Positions 16,875-27,326 of a stretch of 64,000 nt of DNA are shown here, in pieces. The position numbers were made by a program, and so were the translations under genes. The stretch's first letter is position 1. Each line of letters begins with the position of its first letter. The stretch is from a bacterium (GTDB lineage Bacteria > Patescibacteriota > Patescibacteriia > UBA1558 > UBA10009): assembly GCA_018672055.1 (NCBI GenBank), contig JABHGM010000001.1, positions 608,977 through 672,976 on the forward strand. Reading direction: 5' to 3'. The notes below the pieces were generated by a model. It was given only the letters and a program-made list of their open reading frames with translations. It ran no database searches and was not told where the DNA came from.

Positions 16875-17383
16875 TATGTGTAACCTAGAATATCAGCTGA
16901 AAGTGAAGTATTATTTTGCCTTATATTAATATTTTGAATTGTTAAATTATAGTTTATGCTAGATATTTCGGATAAATATTTAAGTAAATCATCAAAATCA
17001 CCATCTATTTTAAAGTTAAAAGGAATTCTTATTATATTAGGTCTAAATTCATCTTTTTGTAAATCTAGAGTTAAAGTTTGCTCTAAATTATATTTTTCAG
17101 CTATTGTTTCTAATTGTTCAATTAATTCTAATTCTTGACCTTCAGATAATAGTATTTCTTCTAACGTTGGAATTTTTTCATTTAATTCATCATATTGCAT
17201 AGCTAATTGATTAAAGTCTTCACCTGTTTTAAATTTAATTTCAAGTTGACTAGCTTCTGATTTAAATTGATTATGTACAGTGTTTAGATTACTTGAATAA
17301 GGGAAAATAAAGAATAATAAGACAATAGTTAGAATAACTAGTTGAATCAAATATTTAGTAATTTGTCCTGTATTTAATTTCAT
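16859..17383 (-). CDS. pilO: Type IV pilus assembly protein PilO-like
   Basis: Position after pilN. N-terminal TM followed by coiled-coil and a C-terminal beta region typical of PilO. Confidence 0.55.
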   Translation of the reverse strand: MKLNTGQITKYLIQLVILTIVLLFFIFPYSSNLNTVHNQFKSEASQLEIKFKTGEDFNQLAMQYDELNEKIPTLEEILLSEGQELELIEQLETIAEKYNLEQTLTLDLQKDEFRPNIIRIPFNFKIDGDFDDLLKYLSEISSINYNLTIQNINIRQNNTSLSADILGYTYWLTI

Positions 17384-17907
17384 AGTCTGTTAAAAAATCC
17401 ACTTATTTCAAAAGTAATATTTTCTCTTTGTAATATATCTGTAATAGGTGTATTTAGATCAAAGAATATTTCAGAATTTTCTAAGTTATCTTTAAATAAT
17501 AAATATTCTTCTCTAGATTCTGCGTGACCCTGCATAGTAAACTGATTTGTTTTAAGCTGAGCATTTATTTGAATAATTAAAACATTATTTGGCACTAAGC
17601 TAGCTAGCTCTTTTAAAAAGCCAGGCCAATCATTAAATGATTTTTGAATACTGTCTATTGTAGTAATTTCTTCATTTAAATAATTTATCTTATCAGTTAA
17701 TAATTTATTACTTGCAGCTACAGCACCTTTTTTTTGTTCTACGGTTCTACTTAAATTAGCTATGGTTTGATTAATTGGAATTAAACTAATAGCAATTAAA
17801 ATACTAGCAATAATTAAAAGGTTTAAGAAATTTTCTATATATAAATATACATTCCTTACTTTAAGTAATTTTTGTTGTTTAGGTGATATTAAATTTAAAT
17901 GGATCAT
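17380..17907 (-). CDS. pilN: Type IV pilus assembly protein PilN-like
   Basis: Short cytoplasmic N-terminus, single TM, periplasmic coiled-coil. Translationally coupled to pilM and pilO. Confidence 0.55.
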   Translation of the reverse strand: MIHLNLISPKQQKLLKVRNVYLYIENFLNLLIIASILIAISLIPINQTIANLSRTVEQKKGAVAASNKLLTDKINYLNEEITTIDSIQKSFNDWPGFLKELASLVPNNVLIIQINAQLKTNQFTMQGHAESREEYLLFKDNLENSEIFFDLNTPITDILQRENITFEISGFFNRL

Positions 17908-17910
17908 ATT

Positions 17911-18978
17911 TTAAGTATTTAAATTCCTAAGTGCTAAACCTATAGCTGTAGCGTAAGAAGCAACTTGATTTTCTGGTAACTTAACTTTATCTAAAGATAC
18001 ATTAGTTAAAGGATTTGTTAAATGTACTTTCATTTTAGTTTCTTTTGTTAAAAATGTATCTAAGTTTGGCATTTGTGATCCACCGCCAGTTAAGTATAGT
18101 TTTTTAATAGATTTTTGTGTTTTAAAATGCTCTTGATAGAAATAATTAGCTTCCCTTATTTTTTTAGCTATTTTTTTAATTTCAGGAGCTATTAATTTTT
18201 CTGAATAACCTTCTGCTTTAGATGAGTTTAAACCTAGGCTACGTTTTACTTTTTCTGCTTCTTTTGAAGTAATCTTTAATTGTTTTCTAATTATCTCAGT
18301 TAAACCATCACTAGAAAATGATAGTGATATAGTAAATGGAATAACATTATGAGCATAGATAAATAGACCGGTTCTTCTAGCACCAAGATCTAAAACCATA
18401 ACAGGTTCGGTTAATTTTTCTTTAAAAGAAAATATACTTCTAGCTAGTGTTACTGCTTCAATTTCTAATGAGCAGGGGACAAGATCAGAATTAGTTAGTA
18501 CTTCTTGATAATTATCAACTATTTCTTTAGGGCAAACACCGATTAAAACTTGTGTTTTATCTCTAGGATCTATATATTGCCAGTCTAGATATACTTCATT
18601 AATAGAATAGGGAATATGTTTTTTAGCTTCTTGAACTATTTCTTCTAATATATTTTTACCTTCAGGGTAATCTAAATTAATTAATTTTATAAATGTTTTT
18701 TGTTCTGGTAAACAAACGTTTGTTACTTTGCTAATTAATTTTTGTCCTGTTACATTATTAATTAACTTATCAATTATAACTTCTGCTTTTTTAGAATCTA
18801 CAATTTTTCCTTCTTTTAAAACACCTTTAGGTACTGCTTGATAACTAAAACTAACAAGTTTAATTTTCTTGTTTATTTTTTTTAATTGGACCAATCTAAA
18901 GGCTCTTTCACTAATATCTAATCCAAATGAATTATTTTTCATGCAAAGTGGTATCATATTTAATATTCTTCTTCCCAA
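17911..18978 (-). CDS. pilM: Type IV pilus assembly ATPase-fold protein PilM
   Basis: Actin-like/FtsA-like fold motifs (GLDISERAFRLV…, LDLGARRTGL, YLTGGGSQMP). Confidence 0.8.
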   Translation of the reverse strand: MGRRILNMIPLCMKNNSFGLDISERAFRLVQLKKINKKIKLVSFSYQAVPKGVLKEGKIVDSKKAEVIIDKLINNVTGQKLISKVTNVCLPEQKTFIKLINLDYPEGKNILEEIVQEAKKHIPYSINEVYLDWQYIDPRDKTQVLIGVCPKEIVDNYQEVLTNSDLVPCSLEIEAVTLARSIFSFKEKLTEPVMVLDLGARRTGLFIYAHNVIPFTISLSFSSDGLTEIIRKQLKITSKEAEKVKRSLGLNSSKAEGYSEKLIAPEIKKIAKKIREANYFYQEHFKTQKSIKKLYLTGGGSQMPNLDTFLTKETKMKVHLTNPLTNVSLDKVKLPENQVASYATAIGLALRNLNT

Positions 18979-20165
18979 TGTTCAATATTAATTATTGGAG
19001 ATGTTTCTGGGGTACCTAATCCTCTACTTATTATAGCTTGATCATAGTTAATATTCAATGGTGCCCAGAAGTCATAAACACTTAAATTTCTTGTATAAAG
19101 TCCTCCATTTAATCCATAGCCAGTAAATATTGAAGATATTATTATTTCATCTGCTGCGTAAACTAAACCATCAATTTGAATGTCGTCAGAGAAGAAACCA
19201 AAAACTATTTTTCTCTTTGTTATGATCCCTGAAGGATCACTACCATTTGAATTAACAAATAAATCAGGATTACTCACCCAGAATGGCCAGAAACTAGTTC
19301 CTAGATTTATATTACCATCAGCTACTAACATACCATTTACAGTTAAATTATGTCCTTTTTTAATATCAATATTACCAGTAACATAGGTTATTCCGTCGAT
19401 TATCAAATTTGATGTTCCATCAAGTAAGTCATCAAATTCAGAACTTGTATATATATTGTCTGCTAAATTTTTATATGAATTTGGATCAGCTGAATCAAAA
19501 TCAATTCCAGGCATAGCAATAGTTTCTGGAGCAGGTGGATAATTATCAGCATTAAGGGTAGCTGCCTCTAAACTTGACGTCCAAGATACATTAATTTGAT
19601 CAACGGCAGAAGCATCACCAGCAATATCTAAAATGCTATAGAAGTTTGCTTCAATATCATTATTTGTAAATATACTTCCAGTTTGGACTTCTAGATTAGC
19701 TCCAAAGTAAGTCATAGAATCATCAGTATACATAACAACATCATCTATTGCTGATTCACTAGTTGCTTGAAACACTTTTGTTTTTACGATTCTTTGAGTA
19801 CTGGCTCTGTCTGTAGTAATTACAGCGACAGAGCTAATTTCTGCTTCTGCTAAACCTGTATTATCTATACTTACTAAGTAATATGAGTTAGGGATAAATG
19901 GATTATTTCTTAAAAGAGATTCTGACCAAGTTGGATTTGTTTTAAAACTTGTTTGCCATGTAGGATCATTTTTTATTTTCCATAATGCTTCATTAATTCC
20001 TGCTTCTGCTAAATAATATGTTTCAGTTGCTAAGTTTTGACTATGAGCTAATTTTGAATCAGTGACTATGAATGAAAGAAAATAAAAAACCATTAAAAAA
20101 AGTATAGCTATTATTATGGTAATAGTTGCTAAAACATAGCCTGATTGTTTTTTCATTTTATTCAT
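18960..20165 (-). CDS. PilX-N-terminal-domain-like pilus protein (401 aa)
   Basis: N-terminus KKQSGYVLATITIIIAILFLMV matches the QxG(F/Y/V)xL + hydrophobic pattern of PilX_N proteins. Sits between the prepilins and pilM. Confidence 0.5.
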   Translation of the reverse strand: MNKMKKQSGYVLATITIIIAILFLMVFYFLSFIVTDSKLAHSQNLATETYYLAEAGINEALWKIKNDPTWQTSFKTNPTWSESLLRNNPFIPNSYYLVSIDNTGLAEAEISSVAVITTDRASTQRIVKTKVFQATSESAIDDVVMYTDDSMTYFGANLEVQTGSIFTNNDIEANFYSILDIAGDASAVDQINVSWTSSLEAATLNADNYPPAPETIAMPGIDFDSADPNSYKNLADNIYTSSEFDDLLDGTSNLIIDGITYVTGNIDIKKGHNLTVNGMLVADGNINLGTSFWPFWVSNPDLFVNSNGSDPSGIITKRKIVFGFFSDDIQIDGLVYAADEIIISSIFTGYGLNGGLYTRNLSVYDFWAPLNINYDQAIISRGLGTPETSPIINIEHWEEEY

Positions 20166-20167
20166 AA

Positions 20168-20749
20168 CTATTCTCTTGAATTTCTACCCCAAACACTACT
20201 ATATATATGTTCATTAATATTATTTTTAGTAAGCCATACTTCAATATTAGTAAAGTCTTCACCATAGAAAGCTATATTTGAAATATATTCTGCAATTATT
20301 TTATTATCAGTAACAATAGATTCTGGTGGCTCTAAAAATTGATCAACAGCGTCCCAGTAAACAAATGTACCAGGTTCCTCAGAAAAATAATAAGTTATCC
20401 GTTGTCTATATAGATCAGTGCCACTTAAATAATATCTTAAGTATTGTATATCAGGTACACCATGGCCATCTTGGAATTGAAATTCCGTTGGCGGATCAAA
20501 ACCTTCAACTCCTTTACTTTCAGGTAGGGGTGTTACAATATCTTGAGATTGCCTTATTTCACGAGTAATTCTATCTATTATTATCCTGCCATTTTGCAAA
20601 AGCTCCATTTTTGTATTACTGGTATTAAATGATTTTTGTGAGAGTAAATACAGATCATAGACTATGAAAAATATAACAATACTTAAAGAAACAGTTAACA
20701 TGACTTCAATTAAAGTAAATCCTATATTTTTCTTAGACTTTTTTATCAT
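20168..20749 (-). CDS. Prepilin-type (type IV) minor pilin
   Basis: Class III signal KKNIGFTLIEVMLTVSLSIVIF (G-F-T-L-I-E). Confidence 0.7.
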   Translation of the reverse strand: MIKKSKKNIGFTLIEVMLTVSLSIVIFFIVYDLYLLSQKSFNTSNTKMELLQNGRIIIDRITREIRQSQDIVTPLPESKGVEGFDPPTEFQFQDGHGVPDIQYLRYYLSGTDLYRQRITYYFSEEPGTFVYWDAVDQFLEPPESIVTDNKIIAEYISNIAFYGEDFTNIEVWLTKNNINEHIYSSVWGRNSRE

Positions 20750-21165
20750 AAATGCGAATTAAGTGTTCTTATAGTTAAGGTAGTATTTTCACCAGTCATT
20801 ATATTTATCCAAACAATATCTGTTTCAATTAGTTTTAAACCAAGGTCTGTTTGAGTTTCATTTAAGCTACTATCTAAGTATTTTACTCTGGTAATTCTTT
20901 TAAATTCACTAAAATCATTATCAATAGTTGATAATGATTCCTCTATAACTGTACCTACATTAATTTGTTCATATCCTTGGCTAATTAACTCTTCTATCTT
21001 TGCTTGAGCAAAGTTAACAGCTAGTGTTTTTTGTTCTGATTGTTTGGTAGCATTCATACCAAAAGGAAATAACCTAACAATACTAAAAACAGCTACAGAT
21101 AATATACTGAGAGCTACTAAAACTTCTAATAAAGAAAATCCCTTATTGTTCTTGCCAATTAACAT
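20746..21165 (-). CDS. Prepilin-type minor pilin
   Basis: NNKGFSLLEVLVALSILSVAVF N-terminus. Confidence 0.7.
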   Translation of the reverse strand: MLIGKNNKGFSLLEVLVALSILSVAVFSIVRLFPFGMNATKQSEQKTLAVNFAQAKIEELISQGYEQINVGTVIEESLSTIDNDFSEFKRITRVKYLDSSLNETQTDLGLKLIETDIVWINIMTGENTTLTIRTLNSHL

Positions 21166-21589
21166 AGCCTGATGGTTTTATATCTACTAAAGTTGTTATT
21201 TCTGCATGTAAGTGAGTTATGAAAACTTGTCCTGCGTAATCTACTCCTCCGCCAAAGTTAAATGAAACTTCATTATCTTGGATACCAGTGTTACTAGCAA
21301 AGTAAACTGTTTCATCTAATGCATATGTTTCTATAGTTACGTCAGGATCTCCAATTTTTACTAAAGAGTAAGAATTATTTAGCGGTGTAATTATAATCGC
21401 ATATTTAATTTGTTCAGTTACTGTATATTGTTGAGCTATTTTTAAATGAGAAATAAACTGTTTAGTACTACTTTTTATTTCTAAATTCTGAGTATAGTTT
21501 TTAAATGTAGGAAATGAAATTAAAGAAACCGTTGCTATAACAATTATAACGGCGATTATCTCAGCTAAAGTGAAGCCTTTTTTATTCAT
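21143..21589 (-). CDS. Prepilin-type pilin (GspH/FimT-like)
   Basis: MNKKGFTLAEIIAVIIVIATVSLISF N-terminus. Confidence 0.7.
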   Translation of the reverse strand: MNKKGFTLAEIIAVIIVIATVSLISFPTFKNYTQNLEIKSSTKQFISHLKIAQQYTVTEQIKYAIIITPLNNSYSLVKIGDPDVTIETYALDETVYFASNTGIQDNEVSFNFGGGVDYAGQVFITHLHAEITTLVDIKPSGYVNWQEQ

Positions 21590-21590
21590 A

Positions 21591-22727
21591 TTATTGAAAT
21601 TGTTCAGTCAAATTATACATTGGCATTATAATAGCAAGAGCCATAAAGGCTACAGCACCACCTAGAAGTAACATTAAAATTGGTTCAATTATAGAAGGTA
21701 GAGATTTCATAATGCGATCTATTTCATCTTCATAGAATGAAGCAAGTTCACCCAATATTTCATCTATTTTTCCTGTTTGTTCACCTGTTGATATCATTTG
21801 AATAATAACTGGTGGAAATAGTATTTCATATTCTGATAAAGCATCTGATATATTAACTCCTTCTTTAAGCTTTATAGCTGATTCCTGCATAGCTTTCTTA
21901 TAATGATAATTAGAGAGTGTTTCTGAGGTAATTTCAAATGTTTTAACAATTGGAATATCTGTTTTAATTAAAGAGCTAAGAGTTCTAGTAAATTTAGCTA
22001 GATTAATTTTTTTTATAATAGCTCCAAAGACAGGTATTCTAAGTAAAACGTAATGAAATATTTTTTTACCTTTTTTAGATTTAATAAATGATATAAATAA
22101 GCTAATGAAACCAATAAAGCCTAGAGCTGTTATTAAACCATTATTTACAATAGCGTCAGAAAAGTTTATTAAAAACCTTGTAGCAAAAGGAAGTTCAGCG
22201 TTCATTTGGTCAAAAATGGCAGTAATTTTAGGAATAACAAAAACTAGCATACCAATACCAATTCCAGTCATGGCAATAATAACAATTATTGGATAAGTCA
22301 TTGCTGATCTAATCCTACTTTTTAATTCATTTGAAGTTTTTATTTGAATATATATTTGATCTAAGACTTCATCTAAGTGCCCTGAAATTTCTCCAGATTC
22401 AATCATACTGACAATTAGGTTATTGAAGATGCCTTTATTTTTTTTTAAACTTTCTGTCAAAGAAACGCCTTTTTCTGTATCTTTGTAAAGATTAAATAAT
22501 AATTTTTTAAATTTTTTATTTTTAGTTTGTTGAGATAGTGTTTTTAATGCTTTATCTAAAGGTAAGCCACTTTTAACCATTACTTTAAGATTTTGCATGA
22601 AAAATTGCTTATCTTTATTTGAGATAGTTGATATTTCTGATAATGAGTTATATAGCTTTTTTAGAAAAGGTGTTTTTTTACCAGTTTTCTTTTCTTTTTT
22701 TTCAACTTGTTGTAAATCTATTGCCAT
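21591..22727 (-). CDS. pilC: Type IV pilus inner-membrane platform protein PilC (GspF family)
   Basis: Duplicated GspF-type domains, three TM segments, and position after pilB. Confidence 0.85.
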   Translation of the reverse strand: MAIDLQQVEKKEKKTGKKTPFLKKLYNSLSEISTISNKDKQFFMQNLKVMVKSGLPLDKALKTLSQQTKNKKFKKLLFNLYKDTEKGVSLTESLKKNKGIFNNLIVSMIESGEISGHLDEVLDQIYIQIKTSNELKSRIRSAMTYPIIVIIAMTGIGIGMLVFVIPKITAIFDQMNAELPFATRFLINFSDAIVNNGLITALGFIGFISLFISFIKSKKGKKIFHYVLLRIPVFGAIIKKINLAKFTRTLSSLIKTDIPIVKTFEITSETLSNYHYKKAMQESAIKLKEGVNISDALSEYEILFPPVIIQMISTGEQTGKIDEILGELASFYEDEIDRIMKSLPSIIEPILMLLLGGAVAFMALAIIMPMYNLTEQFQ

Positions 22728-24452
22728 TTATTCTTGAGTTACTCTTAAGACTTCTTCAATAGCTGTAATGCCTTGAAGGGCTTTCATGAAGCCGTCTTGA
22801 GTTAGAGTTAAATTATTTTCTTTAAGATGTTGTTTTTCAATTTCTTCAGCTGTTGCTTTATGAGCAATTAAATCTGAAATAGCTAATGTATTTTCCATTA
22901 CTTCATATATTCCTGTTCTACCTTTGTAACCTGAATCATTACATTGCTTACAACCTTTTCCTTTATAGAATAATACTTTTTCAAATGAATTATTCTTTTT
23001 AGATAGCAGACCTTGTTCAGTTAAAAATACTTGCATTGATTCTAAATCGAAATGTCTTTTTAACTGTTCAACTACTTTTTTATCTAAGTTATAGCTAATA
23101 ATACAATTTTTACATATTTTTCTAACTAGTCTTTGAGCTAAAACACAATTTAGAGTAGTACTTACTAAAAATGGTTGAATACCCATATTTAACATTCTTT
23201 GAGGTGTCGAAGCTACGTCATTAGTATGTAAGGTAGATAATACTAAATGACCTGTCATCGATGCATTAATGGCAATTTCTGCTGTTTCTTTATCTCTAAT
23301 TTCACCAACCATAATAATATCTGGATCTTGTCTTAAAAGAGATCTGAGCCCTGCTGCAAAAGTAAAATCAATCTTAGGATTTACTTGACTTTGATTAATT
23401 CTTGGCATTCTGTATTCAATGGGGTCTTCAACAGAAGAAATATTTACTTCAGGCTTATTCAAAACATTCATAATGGTATAGAGAGTAGTAGTCTTACCAG
23501 AACCAGTAGGACCAGTTACTAGTATCATGCCATGAGGCTTTTCAATATTAGTTTTTAAAATTTTAAATGGTTTTTCTTGGAGTCCAAGTTGTTCTAAATT
23601 TAAAGCTTTAACTGATTCATTAAGCAATCTCATAACAACTTTTTCACCATCAAATACTGGAATTATTGAAACTCTAAAAGCAACTTTATATTGTTGATTA
23701 GCTATTTTAAACCTACCGTCTTGAGGTAATCTATGTTCATCAAGTTTTAAGTTAGATAGTACTTTAATTCTAGCTACAATACCTGATCTAACAGATTTAG
23801 GTAAATTCATAACGTCTCTTAACATACCATCAACTCTATATCTAACAACAACATCTTTTTCAGTTGGTTCAATATGAATATCTGAAGCTTCTTCAAAAAT
23901 TGCATATTCTAGTAAAGTATCAACAATTCTAATAACAGGTAAGTCTTGAGCCAACTCTTTTAAATTCTTTTTACCTTTTTCTGATTCTTTTTCATCAGTA
24001 ATATTTTTAAATTCAGCTTCTATACTTTGATGATATTGTTTTATACCTTCTTTAAATGATTTAGGAGTTGTTAAGTGTAATTTTAAATTTGTTTCCAATT
24101 TCTTTTTAAGAAACTCAATTGTTTGTAAATCAGTGGGATCAGTAGTAGCAATACTAATACCCATAGCGTCTTTATTAAATGCTAATATTTCATGGGTTTG
24201 AGCAATTGGTTCGGGTATTAAAAATAAGACATCTTTTCTAATAGTCTCATTCTTTAGTTTAATTAGTGGAAGTTTATAGAAAGCAGCTAATTGTGAATAC
24301 AAGCTATCTATATTTACTAAATCTTTTTCAATAATATAATCAAAAAGTTTTTCTTTTTCTTTCTTAGCTTCATTCTTAGCTTTTTCTAAAGCTTCTTTTT
24401 CAATTAAATCATTTTTTAGTAAAATGTTTTCTAATTTTTTATCTTCTATCAT
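22728..24452 (-). CDS. pilB: Type IV pilus assembly ATPase PilB (GspE family)
   Basis: Walker A GPTGSGKTTT, Asp box, His box, and C-terminal tetracysteine CKNC…CKQC. Confidence 0.9.
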   Translation of the reverse strand: MIEDKKLENILLKNDLIEKEALEKAKNEAKKEKEKLFDYIIEKDLVNIDSLYSQLAAFYKLPLIKLKNETIRKDVLFLIPEPIAQTHEILAFNKDAMGISIATTDPTDLQTIEFLKKKLETNLKLHLTTPKSFKEGIKQYHQSIEAEFKNITDEKESEKGKKNLKELAQDLPVIRIVDTLLEYAIFEEASDIHIEPTEKDVVVRYRVDGMLRDVMNLPKSVRSGIVARIKVLSNLKLDEHRLPQDGRFKIANQQYKVAFRVSIIPVFDGEKVVMRLLNESVKALNLEQLGLQEKPFKILKTNIEKPHGMILVTGPTGSGKTTTLYTIMNVLNKPEVNISSVEDPIEYRMPRINQSQVNPKIDFTFAAGLRSLLRQDPDIIMVGEIRDKETAEIAINASMTGHLVLSTLHTNDVASTPQRMLNMGIQPFLVSTTLNCVLAQRLVRKICKNCIISYNLDKKVVEQLKRHFDLESMQVFLTEQGLLSKKNNSFEKVLFYKGKGCKQCNDSGYKGRTGIYEVMENTLAISDLIAHKATAEEIEKQHLKENNLTLTQDGFMKALQGITAIEEVLRVTQE

Positions 24453-24475
24453 AATGTTGACAATAATTAATATAA

Positions 24476-24484
24476 ATTATACCA
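24476..24484 (-). promoter_or_regulatory. Extended -10 element (TGgTATAAT) of the pilB operon promoter
   Basis: Reverse complement of ATTATACCA. Located ~25 nt upstream of the pilB ATG. Confidence 0.4.
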
Positions 24485-24534
24485 TAATATTTCAGATTTC
24501 GCTACAGCTATCTCTTAATAAATTTGTGAATATC

Positions 24535-24543
24535 TGTTATAAT
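24535..24543 (+). promoter_or_regulatory. Extended -10 element (TGtTATAAT) of the divergent promoter for the membrane-protein/mraY operon
   Basis: TTAATA lies 17 bp upstream. The ATG at 24553 is ~10 nt downstream. Confidence 0.45.
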
Positions 24544-24552
24544 ATACATATC

Positions 24553-24921
24553 ATGAAAGATACATTTTTAGACACTTTATTTAATTTTTTTTCTAAACCA
24601 ATACTTTATTGGCCTTTTTTAATTTCTTTGATTTTAAATATATTAATTTGGATAATCCTATTAATTAAAGTTCCTGTATCAGGAAGTGGTATTCCATTAC
24701 ATTATAATATATATTTTGGTATTGATTGGTTTGGTTCCTGGGTAATGGTATTTACTTATCCTTTTGTTGGTATTTTAATTATAATAATTAACTTTTTAAT
24801 ATCATTAAAATTACAACTTAAAGAAGTTTTTTTAACTAAGCTGATTGGATTCTTTAATATATTAATACAACTAATTTTATTACTTGGTATAGCTACTCTT
24901 TTACTAAATTATTTTAAATAA
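24553..24921 (+). CDS. Small polytopic membrane protein, hypothetical, first gene of the mraY operon. The track ORF begins at 24424 and overlaps the pilB start.
   Basis: Placing the start at ATG 24553 puts it just after the promoter. Three or four hydrophobic helices. Confidence 0.45.
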   Translation: MKDTFLDTLFNFFSKPILYWPFLISLILNILIWIILLIKVPVSGSGIPLHYNIYFGIDWFGSWVMVFTYPFVGILIIIINFLISLKLQLKEVFLTKLIGFFNILIQLILLLGIATLLLNYFK

Positions 24922-24923
24922 AT

Positions 24924-25976
24924 ATGATTGAAAACTTTGAAGTTATAAAAATATTTATTCTGTCTATTATCTCATTTGTAGTAGCTATTTTATTTACACC
25001 TATTTTAACTCACTATTTGTATAAGTATAAGATAGGTAAGAGAATTAGAAATTCTAAGAAAGCACCAATTTTTTTAAAACTTCATAAGAAAAAAGAAGGC
25101 ACACCAACAATGGGTGGTATTATTATTTGGTTAACAGTTTTAATTTTAGCTTTAACTTTTTATTATCTACCAAAGATATTTCAATTTGAATTTCTTCAAA
25201 ATTTTAACTTTCTAACTAGAAGTGAAACATTATTACCACTTGGTGCTTTAATTGCTACAGCTATTATTGGTTTAATTGATGATTTACTTGGTGTAAAAGG
25301 CATTGGTGTTCATGGCGGAGGTTTGTCAGTAAAGATTAAATTATTAATCTATACTTTAATTGCTAGTTTTGGAGCTTACTGGTTTTACTTTAAATTAGAC
25401 TGGGATGTTTTACATGTACCATTTTTCGGTTCTTTTGAAATTGGCTTATGGTATATCCCTATATTTATTTTTATTATCGCCGCTACATCTTTTTCAGTTA
25501 ATGAAACTGATGGTTTAGACGGCTTAGCAGGTGGTGTTTTGTTAACATCATTTGCTTCATACGGAACTATTGCATTTTTGCAAGGTAAATTTGAACTAGC
25601 TGCATTTTGTGCAGTGATTATAGGGGCCTTAACTGCATTTCTCTGGTTTAATATAAATCCAGCTCGTTTTATTATGGGGGATACTGGTTCAATGTCTCTG
25701 GGTATTACTCTAGGTATTGTAGCTATGCTTACTAATATGGTTCTATTATTACCAGTTATTGGCTTTATCTTCGTTATAGAATCATTATCAGTAATAATTC
25801 AATTAACTCATAAAAGATTATTTAAAGGTAAAAAATTATTTAAATCTACACCTATTCATCATCATTTTGAAGCGATTGGTTGGTCTGAACCTAAAATAGT
25901 AATGAGATTTTGGTTAATCTCTGGCTTTACTTCTGTAATTGGTTTAATAATATTTTTACTTGATAATGTTTGGTAA
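24924..25976 (+). CDS. mraY: Phospho-N-acetylmuramoyl-pentapeptide transferase MraY
   Basis: Ten-TM GT4-like transferase with conserved PIHHHFE and DD…D motifs. Confidence 0.9.
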   Translation: MIENFEVIKIFILSIISFVVAILFTPILTHYLYKYKIGKRIRNSKKAPIFLKLHKKKEGTPTMGGIIIWLTVLILALTFYYLPKIFQFEFLQNFNFLTRSETLLPLGALIATAIIGLIDDLLGVKGIGVHGGGLSVKIKLLIYTLIASFGAYWFYFKLDWDVLHVPFFGSFEIGLWYIPIFIFIIAATSFSVNETDGLDGLAGGVLLTSFASYGTIAFLQGKFELAAFCAVIIGALTAFLWFNINPARFIMGDTGSMSLGITLGIVAMLTNMVLLLPVIGFIFVIESLSVIIQLTHKRLFKGKKLFKSTPIHHHFEAIGWSEPKIVMRFWLISGFTSVIGLIIFLLDNVW

Positions 25977-25982
25977 TAAGTT

Positions 25983-27326
25983 ATGTTTCAAGATTTAAAA
26001 GATAAAAATATTCACATAGTAGGTATTTCAGGAACAGAGGGTAGTAGCCTTGCTCTTTTTTTTATAAATCAAAATTTTAAGAATTTAACAGGTCATGATT
26101 TTAGCACTAAAGCAAATTTTAGAAAAAATTACATAAATTATCATAAAGAAGTTAGTTTAAAAAAAATAAAGAGTGATTTAAAAAAGTTAAATGGTATTAA
26201 AATAAATTATAATAAAAATTATTTAAAAGATTTAAATGAAGCTGATTTTATCTTAGTACCATCTTCTTGGTTTAGATATAAATGTAATAATAAGTTGAAA
26301 AAGTATAGTAAGAAGAAATATTTTTGGAATTGGTATAATTTATTACTTCATTATTACCAAGGTACATTTATAGGAATAACTGGCACAGCTGGTAAAGGTA
26401 CTACAACTAATTTAATATTTAAGATATTAAAAAAATCTAAAAAGAATGTTATCCAAGTGGGGGAGAGTTGGCAAGAAATTGATTTTAATAAAATATTTAA
26501 AGCAGATAGTAAATCATATTTAGTTGCTGAGTTATCAAATAGAACTTTAACCTTTGCTTCTAAAGTAAAAAGAAGTCCAGACTTAGCAGTTATTACAAAT
26601 ATTACTAAGAATCATTTAGATGATCATCAAGGTTCATTTAATAAGTATTACAAAACTAAATTAGATATTTCAAAATATCAAACTAAGGATAATATATTAT
26701 TTTTAAATAATAAATTAAAAGGAATTAAAACAAAAGCTAAAAAAATATATTTTTCATTTAATAATGTAGTAGTTAAGAATAAGAATTTAATCGGAGAACA
26801 TTTATTATCTGATGTAGCTGCTGCTGAATTAGTAGCTAAAGCATTAAAAATTAGTAAACAGAATATAAATAAAGGTTTAAACAGTTTTAAAGCAAGAAGC
26901 GGCCGTTTAGAATATATTGGAAGTAAAAATGGAGTAAATTTGATTAATGATGCAGCTTCAACTAGACCTGAAGCTACAATATTTGCTGTTAAATCATTTC
27001 CAAAAGGAAAAGTTAATTTAATTTTAGAAGGTTCAAGATATAAGTTAGATGTAAAACAATACTTACTATTAATTGATACAGTTAAAAGATATAAGGTGAG
27101 AAATGTAGCGCTTAGTGGACAAATTACTAGATTATTATATTCAATGCTAAAAAAAGAATCTATTAATGTAGTTAAAACAAAAAGTTTATTAGATTCAATT
27201 AAACAATTATATAAGCTATCAGAAAAAGGTGATTATCTATTATTATCACCAAGTGCTGAGAGTTTTGGAGAATTTAAAGATTATAGAGGTAGAATTGAGC
27301 TATTTAATAAATATTTTAAAAAATGA
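25983..27326 (+). CDS. murD: Mur ligase, probably UDP-N-acetylmuramoylalanine--D-glutamate ligase MurD
   Basis: GITGTAGKGTTTNL ATP-binding motif. Position between mraY and ftsW. Divergent and lysine-rich. Confidence 0.6.
   Translation: MFQDLKDKNIHIVGISGTEGSSLALFFINQNFKNLTGHDFSTKANFRKNYINYHKEVSLKKIKSDLKKLNGIKINYNKNYLKDLNEADFILVPSSWFRYKCNNKLKKYSKKKYFWNWYNLLLHYYQGTFIGITGTAGKGTTTNLIFKILKKSKKNVIQVGESWQEIDFNKIFKADSKSYLVAELSNRTLTFASKVKRSPDLAVITNITKNHLDDHQGSFNKYYKTKLDISKYQTKDNILFLNNKLKGIKTKAKKIYFSFNNVVVKNKNLIGEHLLSDVAAAELVAKALKISKQNINKGLNSFKARSGRLEYIGSKNGVNLINDAASTRPEATIFAVKSFPKGKVNLILEGSRYKLDVKQYLLLIDTVKRYKVRNVALSGQITRLLYSMLKKESINVVKTKSLLDSIKQLYKLSEKGDYLLLSPSAESFGEFKDYRGRIELFNKYFKK

Noticed and set aside
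16956-22296. Plus-strand ORFs 16956..17138, 19180..19386, 20326..20568 and 22105..22296 inside the pilus operon
   Set aside because: All are antisense to the pil genes. No RBS.
24424-24552. Upstream 43-codon extension of the membrane-protein ORF
   Set aside because: It overlaps the pilB start codon and the divergent promoter region. A TGnTATAAT promoter lies at 24535-24543, so translation most likely begins at ATG 24553.
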